Source of the DNA: a virus
Taxonomy: Duplodnaviria; Heunggongvirae; Uroviricota; Caudoviricetes
Virus record (IMG/VR): IMGVR_UViG_2925891887_000001
Reading direction: 5' to 3' (one strand)
Length of the DNA stretch: 64,000 bases
Shown here in pieces: positions 56,416-64,000 of this stretch; within the stretch, counting starts at the first letter, position 1, and every line of letters starts with the position of its first letter. Below the pieces are notes generated by a model. That model ran no database searches, was not told the origin of the DNA, and saw nothing but the letters and a program-made list of their open reading frames with translations. The translations under genes were made by a program, and so were the position numbers.

Positions 56416-57246
56416 ATGAAGAAAGGTTTACTTGCAGTTGCTCTGGCGGCTATTTGCACAATGGGTCTTACTGGCTGTGATCGCGTGGAGCCTGGATACG
56501 TTGGCATCAAAGTAAACAAATTAGGTGAAGACAAAGGGATCGGTGAAGTGGTTGGCGTTGGTCGCCAATGGACAGGTCTTAACACCGAACTTTACGTATT
56601 CCCGACCTTCAAACAAATGAAGACCTACGACGAACCGTTCACATTCCAGATGAGTGACGGTACTGCTATTGGTCACAAAATTGGCGTTGCGTATCTGGTT
56701 AATCGTGACAAGGTAACGACGGTGTTCCAGACCTATCGCAAAGGCGTAGACGATATCACCGAATCAGATCTGCGTCAGAAAATTGCCGACTCTCTAAACC
56801 GTTTGGCCAGCCGTATGACCACTGACTCATTTATCGACGGTGGTAAGGCGCAATTGCTGGACAACGCACTGAAAGATATTCAGAAAGAGATGTCTCCGGT
56901 TGGTATTGAGGTACTGAGCCTGTCATGGGTTGGAAAGCCTGATTACCCAAAAACCGTCATTGAATCTATCAACGCCAAAGTAACGGCTAACCAGCGTACT
57001 CTGCAACGTCAGCAGGAAGTTGAACAACGTAAAGCTGAGGCGAATATGCTACGTGAACAGGCTAATGGTGAAGCTGATGCTATCCGTGCTCGTGCGCAAG
57101 CAGAAGCAGACGCCATTCGTCTGCGCGGTGAAGCTCTGCGTCAAAACCCGAACGTTATGGAACTGGAAGCCATCAATAAATGGAATGGCCAGTTACCGCA
57201 GTACATGACTCAAGGGGCTAACACTCCTTTCATTACAGTGAAATAA
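56416..57246 (+). CDS. SPFH/Band-7 (stomatin/HflC-like) domain lipoprotein
   Basis: Lipobox LTGC; SPFH-like core followed by Ala/Glu/Arg-rich helical segment (EADAIRARAQAEADAIRLRGEA). Confidence 0.6.
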   Translation: MKKGLLAVALAAICTMGLTGCDRVEPGYVGIKVNKLGEDKGIGEVVGVGRQWTGLNTELYVFPTFKQMKTYDEPFTFQMSDGTAIGHKIGVAYLVNRDKVTTVFQTYRKGVDDITESDLRQKIADSLNRLASRMTTDSFIDGGKAQLLDNALKDIQKEMSPVGIEVLSLSWVGKPDYPKTVIESINAKVTANQRTLQRQQEVEQRKAEANMLREQANGEADAIRARAQAEADAIRLRGEALRQNPNVMELEAINKWNGQLPQYMTQGANTPFITVK

Positions 57247-57262
57247 CTCCCCTAAAAAGTTC

Positions 57263-57288
57263 AGGCGTCCAGTTGGACGCCTTTTTTA
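57263..57288 (+). terminator. Rho-independent terminator
   Basis: AGGCGTCC-AGTT-GGACGCCT hairpin followed by TTTTTTAT. Confidence 0.7.
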
Positions 57289-57337
57289 TCGCAATTATCT
57301 TATTAAGAAAATAATTTGTTTAAAAGGATAAGAAAAC

Positions 57338-57763
57338 ATGACAGCTATTAAGAAACTCTACGATGCCGCAAACGTGGCTCTGGATGTTATTGATGATGAA
57401 GCAGCAAAAGGCTTTCCTGAACCTGATTGGGCGCATCAGCTACGAAACGCTATCGCAGAAATGACCCCACCAGATCCAACCCCCGAGGAGACAGACTGGC
57501 AGCGATTCATCCGTATGTACGCTCAGGAAATAGGTCCAACGCCAACGGCAGAGCAGGCAATGCTGCTGAAATACTTCAAAGAGGCGGGAGAGGATTTACC
57601 AATTGATGACTCAGCATATTGGTTCCACTGCGCATGGCGTAAGTATGACGTGATATTCACACAAGGCATGGGAAGCAAAGATATGGTTGTGTGGCATCTA
57701 CTCCATATAGACACAGCCGTTGACAGAGTTATTGAACAGTTTTTCCCTAAACAAGAAGATTGA
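57338..57763 (+). CDS. hypothetical protein
   Basis: 141-aa ORF preceded by the AATAATTTGTTT palindrome. Confidence 0.5.
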   Translation: MTAIKKLYDAANVALDVIDDEAAKGFPEPDWAHQLRNAIAEMTPPDPTPEETDWQRFIRMYAQEIGPTPTAEQAMLLKYFKEAGEDLPIDDSAYWFHCAWRKYDVIFTQGMGSKDMVVWHLLHIDTAVDRVIEQFFPKQED

Positions 57764-57818
57764 TCGCCTATTCATAACTAACAAAATAAGTAAACACTAA
57801 CCACAAAAGGAAAAACAC

Positions 57819-58094
57819 ATGAGAGTTTTAGTTCGAATCGTTACCAGCACTGTCTATGACGTGTTTCCGCTTTTTATGGTCAAAGTCGATGGCCTTAACG
57901 ATGAAGAAACTGACGCGCTGATCCAGCGTACTCTTGTTGAATATACAGGTCATGACGCTGATTCAGTGATGGTTGATGACGATGGTGTTTGTTGGCATAA
58001 CGGCAACTGTTGGTACGTAGAAGAGACTCAACAAATCAGTAATGAAGATGCTGAACATCTTGAGCGTATTTTAAGCATCAGCACTTTTGAGTGA
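57819..58094 (+). CDS. hypothetical protein
   Basis: 91-aa acidic ORF with the conserved AAAGGAAAAACAC leader. Confidence 0.5.
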   Translation: MRVLVRIVTSTVYDVFPLFMVKVDGLNDEETDALIQRTLVEYTGHDADSVMVDDDGVCWHNGNCWYVEETQQISNEDAEHLERILSISTFE

Positions 58095-58309
58095 GTTTAC
58101 AGTAAAGTTTATATAAGTTAGTATCTACCTATCATGAAGATTTTTATTGAATACTTGTTACTCATCGTTTCAATAGCTTTTGTCATCGACTGCATTTTCA
58201 CTGGTGTCATTCGTAAAGTCTTTTCCCCGGTGCACGACGTAGTCATAAACGCTTTGGCTATCGTGCTCGTATTTAATTCAGCATTTGATGTAATCAAAGA
58301 GGTGGCAGC

Positions 58310-58645
58310 ATGAAGACCATCCCATTCGCGCTGTTGTTTCTTTCTTCGATCGTTGTGGCCGACACCACTGTTTATCAGTGTGAAATGTCTGTAGCCGACG
58401 TTAAGAATGGCGCTCTTACCGACGTCATAAAAGCACCATATGGAGCGATGGTCGTAGACAGCGGCGACCAGTTCTATGTTGTGCGTGACGATCGAGTGTT
58501 GTCATCCCCATATCTCACAAATCGTAATGGCAAATTAACCGGCGTCGGAGAAGACCACTTCGTATACAACAAATACAAGGGCTTCTATGGCGTTCACGCT
58601 TCTCAGCAAAGCTACCTTTTCGATGACTGCAAGGAGGTTGGGTAA
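58310..58645 (+). CDS. secreted protein with signal peptide, function unknown
   Basis: 111 aa, N-terminal signal peptide (MKTIPFALLFLSSIVVA). Confidence 0.5.
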   Translation: MKTIPFALLFLSSIVVADTTVYQCEMSVADVKNGALTDVIKAPYGAMVVDSGDQFYVVRDDRVLSSPYLTNRNGKLTGVGEDHFVYNKYKGFYGVHASQQSYLFDDCKEVG

Positions 58646-58857
58646 TGGCATTAACACTGGCAGGTCTGGAAATCGAGAAAACAAGCGGCTACTGGCGTGC
58701 TAAGGGTTTCAAGCAGCCTGGCATTCTTGAGCGTCTGGAACGTGAAGATGGGTATATCGTCCACCAGCGGCGTGAATGGCGTATGTACGATCCAGAAACA
58801 GGAAAACTGACTACAAAAGCCGGAACACTTTGGGGTCTGTTAAAGAAAATACACTAA
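58645..58857 (+). CDS. hypothetical small protein
   Basis: 70-aa ORF with ATGA overlap; followed by hairpin 58867..58888. Confidence 0.45.
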   Translation: MALTLAGLEIEKTSGYWRAKGFKQPGILERLEREDGYIVHQRREWRMYDPETGKLTTKAGTLWGLLKKIH

Positions 58858-58904
58858 ATGCAAACTGACTGCGGCACGTTCCGCAGTCATATTTCATAGT
58901 CGTC

Positions 58905-59437
58905 ACCGCTGACAGCATACACAATCAACTACCGCTGATAGCATATCGAGAGTCTATCTCACCGCTCACAGCATACTTTACTCGATTCTTTACCGCTGAC
59001 AGCATACTTAAGAAATTGCATGAATAATGTGTCCCGGTATGGGTATAACCAGAACAAAATTACCGCTGGCAGCATACGAATGTCTGACATATACCATTAA
59101 TTACCGCTGATAGCATATCCAAACAAAAATTCCTCAATAACACACCGCTGACAGCATACGTTCTATCAGGGAGTAGCAGGCAATAAATGCCTTTCACTAC
59201 AAGCAACCAGCGCAATAGCAATAGAATGTTAGTGAGCGCAAACCTATATGGAATGCACTCTTCGAGGTTAGTAACCACTGGGGAGGTATGACAGAGCATT
59301 GAGTGGTGATAGATGATTTACCGCTCACAGCATACGTTCATCTCACTATACCGCTGGTAGCATATCTTTAACCGTTCACAGCAAACTTTTCAGAAAAATA
59401 GCCGCTGATAGCATACATTTCACCGCTGACAGCATAT
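58905..59437 (+). repeat. iteron array downstream of rep: about 12 direct copies of a 16-bp unit (consensus ACCGCTGACAGCATAC), incA-like
   Basis: Copies read at 58905, 58931, 58961, 58992, 59062, 59103, 59144, 59320, 59350, 59371 (degenerate), 59401, 59422, all in the same orientation. Confidence 0.85.
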
Positions 59438-60531
59438 CAAAGCAGTTTGAGACTATTGGAAAGGATCTCAATCATCTTGATATTTTCAGGCGTCAAATTC
59501 TGCGAAAGTTCGGTTATCTTGTTGATAATGTTCTGTTTGGCATCAATTTCCCCAGCTTTCTCATCTGGTTTTTTGGGTTCGATGTCTTCAGGTTTTGGCG
59601 GTGCGACTTTGAGTTTTGGATTGCGGCTGTGAATCTGGATATAGATCGACCGCCCACGCTTAATCTCGCTGTATTCGAGATAGCCCAAATCTTGGAGAGC
59701 TTTTAAGCCGTTACGTATAGTCTGATTCTGCGAGCTGACATTCCTGCTACTCAAATTGAGTCGCGCACGCAATCGAGCAAGCGATACCGGCGCAGGCTTG
59801 GTTGGAAGACTTTCGATGAAGGTGTACAGAGCCTGTGCTGTTTCTTTGCGTGGTAGCTTATTGATAACCTTTAACTGCAAAAGAACCTTATGGTCAAAGC
59901 GATATAGTTCGGCCAGCTTCGGTTCTGCATAGAACACCACCGTATCTTTCTGCTCGTTGTAGTCCACGCTATTGATGAGGTGCACCATCAGAAGCGAGAT
60001 CTTGTTAGAGCCGTCGACGTTCTTTTCTTCATACGTTCTCTGGAAAGACAGAGTTGTACGCATGATCTTCAAAAGACTGTTTGTAAGCCGGTCGCGGAGT
60101 GTTTTGCGGATCTGTGACGATGGATAGCCACAAAACTTAGCAAATTTCGTGATGCTTAACTCGACACGACCGTTAGGTTCGCCGTATTCTGCCAGCGAAC
60201 GCACAACGCCCACCCACGTTTTGAAATCATGATCCATGTCGAGACGAGGACCGGTTATCTTGATATCGGAATAGCCTTCAGAACGGGCTACTTCGAGCTG
60301 GACAAGCTCCTTTGAAGCATCGATCTCATTTGGCTTGTTACGTTTACTGTATTTTGTTCCCTTAAGCGTGGGGACGAACAACCCCAGTCGCATCAACGCA
60401 ATTGGTTGGACTGTATTGTTGCTATTAGGGACAAGTTCCCCTGTGTACAATTCAAGGGAACCTTCTTCAAAGTTGTCGATGTTATCTTCTACTTCTTTGT
60501 TATTTTTACCTTTTTTATTTTTTGTGGACAT
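59437..60531 (-). CDS. replication initiator (iteron-binding Rep protein) candidate
   Basis: 364-aa ORF flanked on both sides by the same 16-bp iterons; basic N-terminus; start MSTKNKKG at the DnaA-box-like TGTGGACA pair; assignment from replicon architecture, not from a protein motif. Confidence 0.6.
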   Translation of the reverse strand: MSTKNKKGKNNKEVEDNIDNFEEGSLELYTGELVPNSNNTVQPIALMRLGLFVPTLKGTKYSKRNKPNEIDASKELVQLEVARSEGYSDIKITGPRLDMDHDFKTWVGVVRSLAEYGEPNGRVELSITKFAKFCGYPSSQIRKTLRDRLTNSLLKIMRTTLSFQRTYEEKNVDGSNKISLLMVHLINSVDYNEQKDTVVFYAEPKLAELYRFDHKVLLQLKVINKLPRKETAQALYTFIESLPTKPAPVSLARLRARLNLSSRNVSSQNQTIRNGLKALQDLGYLEYSEIKRGRSIYIQIHSRNPKLKVAPPKPEDIEPKKPDEKAGEIDAKQNIINKITELSQNLTPENIKMIEILSNSLKLL

Positions 60532-60551
60532 GTGGACACCTTTGTCATTCA

Positions 60552-60653
60552 ACCGCTGACAGCATACTTGATTTGCCGCTGACAGAATACCAAAAACAGT
60601 TGGCAGCATACGGTGAACCGCTGACAGACTATCAATTACCGCTGACAGCATAC
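60552..60653 (+). repeat. iteron array upstream of rep (origin-proximal, about 5 copies at roughly 21-bp spacing)
   Basis: Copies at 60552, 60575, 60596 (degenerate), 60617, 60638 of the same 16-bp unit. Confidence 0.8.
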
Positions 60654-60693
60654 ATGAACATGACTTCAGACCAGTCGTGGCGCGGCTTACAGC

Positions 60694-60766
60694 GATCGGG
60701 GATCTTATTTGATCTATATAAGGATCTATCTATGGATCTCTTTATTAGGATCTATCCTGTGGATAT
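60694..60766. promoter_or_regulatory. origin-associated AT-rich region with six GATC sites and a DnaA-box-like 9-mer (TGTGGATAT)
   Basis: GATC at 60694, 60701, 60711, 60723, 60735, 60749 within GGATCT-type repeats; TGTGGATAT at 60758-60766. Confidence 0.6.
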
Positions 60767-60852
60767 GTGAATAATTAAAACAGGCATTTACTACCTTCGG
60801 CGCACCTGGTGGGTTATCGTTGCCTCGGCTAACAATCACAGAAAAATGACAT

Positions 60853-61497
60853 ATGGATCTAAAACGCACGCGCTGGGTTCGTCGTCTTGAAGACGGCTCC
60901 TACACTATCGAATCAAATTCCAACCTGAATAAGCAGAAGTTGCTTTGTGACATCTGCGGTATAGCGGCGAAGTGCCCGATCTACGAAACCAGAATTAAAC
61001 TTGATAAGGCTGGTGTGAATTTTCATTTAAACAGTTGCATCAGGTACGTTCCATTACTCGCATTTCGTAAACCGATCATCGGATTGGATGCTCCCTACTT
61101 CAACACACTCCGTTCAGGTGTGACGTGGCGAGATCGTTTATCACCAGACAAGCTGATTTGCCTCGTATCCGCAGACACAGGGAAAATCATCCGTTTTGGG
61201 AAAGTAGACAAGGTTTACTCAGGCCCAGTAGACGAAATGTTGCGGAAACACAGCCGGTTTAATCATCTCTGTATGGGTGGTGAGAAAATCGAGAAGGTAG
61301 AAGAAGTGATCCGCAAATCCTACGGACACTTTCTGACCAAAGATAGCCTGCTCACCGCAATCTACATCAGACATGTAAAACGTGAGTTCGACCTCGAATA
61401 CCACAGCGAAGAAGAGCTTAACCTTGTTGACCCACGTCCAAAAGCTGGCGTCATAAGCATAAACGCAGCGCGTAAAAAGCCCACTGACGCGCTGTAA
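60853..61497 (+). CDS. hypothetical protein
   Basis: 214-aa ORF downstream of the origin region. Confidence 0.5.
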   Translation: MDLKRTRWVRRLEDGSYTIESNSNLNKQKLLCDICGIAAKCPIYETRIKLDKAGVNFHLNSCIRYVPLLAFRKPIIGLDAPYFNTLRSGVTWRDRLSPDKLICLVSADTGKIIRFGKVDKVYSGPVDEMLRKHSRFNHLCMGGEKIEKVEEVIRKSYGHFLTKDSLLTAIYIRHVKREFDLEYHSEEELNLVDPRPKAGVISINAARKKPTDAL

Positions 61498-61751
61498 CCC
61501 TCCAGATCGTATATTGGCGTAGATAGAATCTACGCCCCCTCAAAATAGCTCTCATAGCGTTCTACAGTGATCCTGTCTTATTTTTAGTCATACAGACAAG
61601 CAAAGTTGCGCCACAACAAATAGGTATATACTTACTTATAAATTTTGTATATTAAGGCGCTCGTTTCATTCCTAACATACCGTTATGCATAGTTGTTTAC
61701 CTTCTCATTGCTCTTAGAATTTGTATCAAAATAATCACAAAGGAAAAACAC

Positions 61752-62837
61752 ATGACTTTGCCATACGGCGTCATTTCTGACTGCCACTACCACAAATGGG
61801 ATGCGTTCTCCACGACGAACGCAGAGGGGCTTAACTCCAGACTTGAAATACAGTTGGAAGCAACGAAAGAAGCAGCCATCGCCATGAAGAAGGCCGGTTG
61901 TAAGTACATGTTGGTTGCCGGTGATACATTTCACGTCCGAGGAACTGTGTCCCCTTCTGTTTTGCATTACGTAACTGAAACGTACAAGTGGATTATCAAC
62001 GAGCTTGATCTGACAGTAGTAATGCTGGCCGGTAATCACGATCTTGAAACCAACGATTCAGTATATAGCGCCAACGCAGCAGCATCGCTGAGTTCTATCG
62101 GCGTGGTAATCGTATGTGGCAAACGCCCACACTCAATAAAAATTGGTGATGTGACTGTCCACCTGATTAGCTGGCGTAACAATCATGCGGAGCTTATCAG
62201 CGATCTGAAAGCATTACGTAAGAGCGTAGAAGGTGACAATCATGACGTTGTTATCCATACATCCATTAACAAAGCCATTCCAACAATGCCTGACGTCGGT
62301 ATCGATGCGCAGGAGTTAAAGGATATCGGCTTTCGTCTCGTGCTTAGTGGGCATTACCACAACCACAAAGAGGTCATTCCTGGAGTTATCAGTGTCGGTG
62401 CACTGACTCATCAAAATTGGGGAGATGTTGGATCTCTGGCTGGCTACATGATCGTAAACCCGGACGGCAGTTTCAGTCACTACGAAACCAGTGCGCCTAA
62501 ATTCATTAACCTGGAAGATGATGTTGCTGATGACCAAATTCGCGGCAACTACGTGCGTTTCCGCGCCGTAATTGAGAACGATGAAGAAGGCATTAAGTAC
62601 CAGAACATCCTCAAAACAATGGGTGCAAAAGGTGTCGTGTGCAACTTCATCCGTAAGTCATCAATGATGGAAGGGACAGCCAGCACAACTGAAACCAGCA
62701 AAATCGATAGCCTGGGAGAGTCGGTATCTGCTTATTGCAAGATTGTCCACGATACTGACGGCGGATTTGATCTGAGCAAATTGGATATTTTGTGTCAGGA
62801 AATCCTCACCGAAGCGGAGAGTTCGGAGGCTGTGTGA
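61752..62837 (+). CDS. sbcD: SbcD/Mre11-like metallophosphoesterase nuclease
   Basis: Phosphoesterase motifs (SDCHYH, AGDTFH, LAGNHD, SGHYHNH); conserved AAAGGAAAAACAC leader. Confidence 0.75.
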   Translation: MTLPYGVISDCHYHKWDAFSTTNAEGLNSRLEIQLEATKEAAIAMKKAGCKYMLVAGDTFHVRGTVSPSVLHYVTETYKWIINELDLTVVMLAGNHDLETNDSVYSANAAASLSSIGVVIVCGKRPHSIKIGDVTVHLISWRNNHAELISDLKALRKSVEGDNHDVVIHTSINKAIPTMPDVGIDAQELKDIGFRLVLSGHYHNHKEVIPGVISVGALTHQNWGDVGSLAGYMIVNPDGSFSHYETSAPKFINLEDDVADDQIRGNYVRFRAVIENDEEGIKYQNILKTMGAKGVVCNFIRKSSMMEGTASTTETSKIDSLGESVSAYCKIVHDTDGGFDLSKLDILCQEILTEAESSEAV

Positions 62838-63070
62838 AGCAAAGTCGTTATGGGAGCTTTCGAGACTTTGCCATCACGATGAAAAGACTTGAACGAGGCC
62901 AGACGGTGATGTTTCACAAGCCCTACCCGCCACAAGGAAATCCCGTAGCGTTTTATCTTGGAAGGTTAACAAGAAAAGGCGTATTGAGGCGCAGATCCTT
63001 CCCGGCGCATACGGAGTTCAGATTGAAAGAAGGTCAAAAGCTAACACACGGTATCAAAGGTGTTATATGA
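62792..63070 (+). CDS. hypothetical small protein (uncertain)
   Basis: 92-aa ORF overlapping the end of the sbcD-like gene; may not be expressed. Confidence 0.3.
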   Translation: MSGNPHRSGEFGGCVKQSRYGSFRDFAITMKRLERGQTVMFHKPYPPQGNPVAFYLGRLTRKGVLRRRSFPAHTEFRLKEGQKLTHGIKGVI

Positions 63071-64000
63071 AGTTTTTAAAGCTCCAGGTTGAGAATTTTA
63101 TGGCTATCGCCAGCGCGGAGGTCGAGTTAGATCAGCGTGGTTTAGTGCTCATTCAGGGTGTTAATAGTGATGATAGTTCCGCATCAAGTAATGGCTCTGG
63201 AAAGTCAACGCTAATGAATAGCCTGATGTGGTGTCTTTATGGCGAAACAGCTCATGGTGTGAAGGGTGACGATGTGTTGTCTACCGACCATGAAAAGAAC
63301 TGTCGTGTTGCAGTAACCATCGAGGATGAAGGCAAAAGATATGCGATCATTCGTCACCGTAAACACAAAGAGTTCAAAAATCGGCTTATCGTTCGTGGTG
63401 AAGACGGCGATATGACGAAAGGCAAAGATGCGCTGACGCAAGAGTTCGTCGAGCGTCTGATCGGTGCATCTAAAGAGGTTTTCATGGCTTCCATCTATGC
63501 AAGCCAAGAAGCTATGCCAGATTTACCTGGAATGTCCGACAAAAACCTCAAAACCATCGTAGAAGAAGCCGCTGGCGTTGACAGACTGACACGCGCCTAC
63601 GCTATTGCTCGTGAGCGAGCTAATGCAGCTGCCGCACGTATGGATGTGGTTAAAACCAAATTGGAGTCGACAATCTCGACCATTGAGGCAACACAGTCAG
63701 AAATTGAGTCAGCGAAAGCCTCCTCTGAATCATGGGAGCAAGAGCGTTCTAAACGTTATGACGATGCCCTGGCTGGGCTGGCCAGTGCCGAAGTTGAGTT
63801 AACGGAAGTTGAACTTGAGATCCGCACTCTTCCCGAACAGATCCGTGATACCGAGAAGGCAATCGAAAGTGAGCGCAAAAAGTTAGCCTCAAAAGAAGAA
63901 CATGACGCCAAGTTGCTCAAAGTTCGTGGTGCGATAACTGATATTCGGGCAAGCATCAAAGCTACAGAAAATAGTCAGGCTGATGCAATGAACCGCGCGC
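63067..64000 (+). CDS. sbcC: SbcC/Rad50-like ATPase, 5' part (truncated by the window end)
   Basis: N-terminal Rad50-type Walker A (LIQGVNSDDSSASSNGSGKSTLMNSL) followed by coiled-coil sequence; ORF runs to the window edge. Confidence 0.7.
   Translation, partial: MKFLKLQVENFMAIASAEVELDQRGLVLIQGVNSDDSSASSNGSGKSTLMNSLMWCLYGETAHGVKGDDVLSTDHEKNCRVAVTIEDEGKRYAIIRHRKHKEFKNRLIVRGEDGDMTKGKDALTQEFVERLIGASKEVFMASIYASQEAMPDLPGMSDKNLKTIVEEAAGVDRLTRAYAIARERANAAAARMDVVKTKLESTISTIEATQSEIESAKASSESWEQERSKRYDDALAGLASAEVELTEVELEIRTLPEQIRDTEKAIESERKKLASKEEHDAKLLKVRGAITDIRASIKATENSQADAMNRA

Noticed and set aside
58905-60653. Possibility that the 16-bp repeats are a CRISPR array
   Set aside because: Units are 16 bp (too short), spacings are irregular (5-15 bp, with gaps of 54 and 160 bp), they flank a protein gene on both sides, and no cas genes are present. 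The pattern fits iterons.

Overview
This 64 kb window reads as a temperate siphovirus that is also built to persist as a plasmid (a phage-plasmid); the family-level resemblance to SSU5/P1-like elements is inference, not a database result. Positions 1-23.9 kb are a lambda-like tail morphogenesis and lysis block on the + strand: major tail protein, chaperone pair with a candidate -1 frameshift, tape measure, gpM/L/K/I/J-like proteins, a 1432-aa tail fibre with a C-terminal S74 chaperone domain, then candidate holin, endolysin and nested spanins. An intact IS1 with a 9-bp target duplication interrupts the gpM-like gene. Positions 24-64 kb carry plasmid and replication functions: a ParA/small-RHH partition pair, DnaB-like helicase, primase, ATP-dependent ligase, four tRNAs (Asn, Tyr, Thr, Ser), a DnaE-type polymerase split by an HNH endonuclease gene, a gp32-like SSB, a flap endonuclease, a bacterial-type RecA carrying an intein in its P-loop, a P1-style iteron replicon with a GATC-rich origin, and SbcD/SbcC. 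Two strongly AT-rich cargo genes (a KAP-type P-loop NTPase and a membrane protein beside the tRNA/integrase island) are the best candidates for an undescribed accessory or defence function. Two families of palindromic motifs recur in intergenic regions throughout. All coordinates and motif calls were read by eye from the sequence; no searches were run, and gene starts are approximate.
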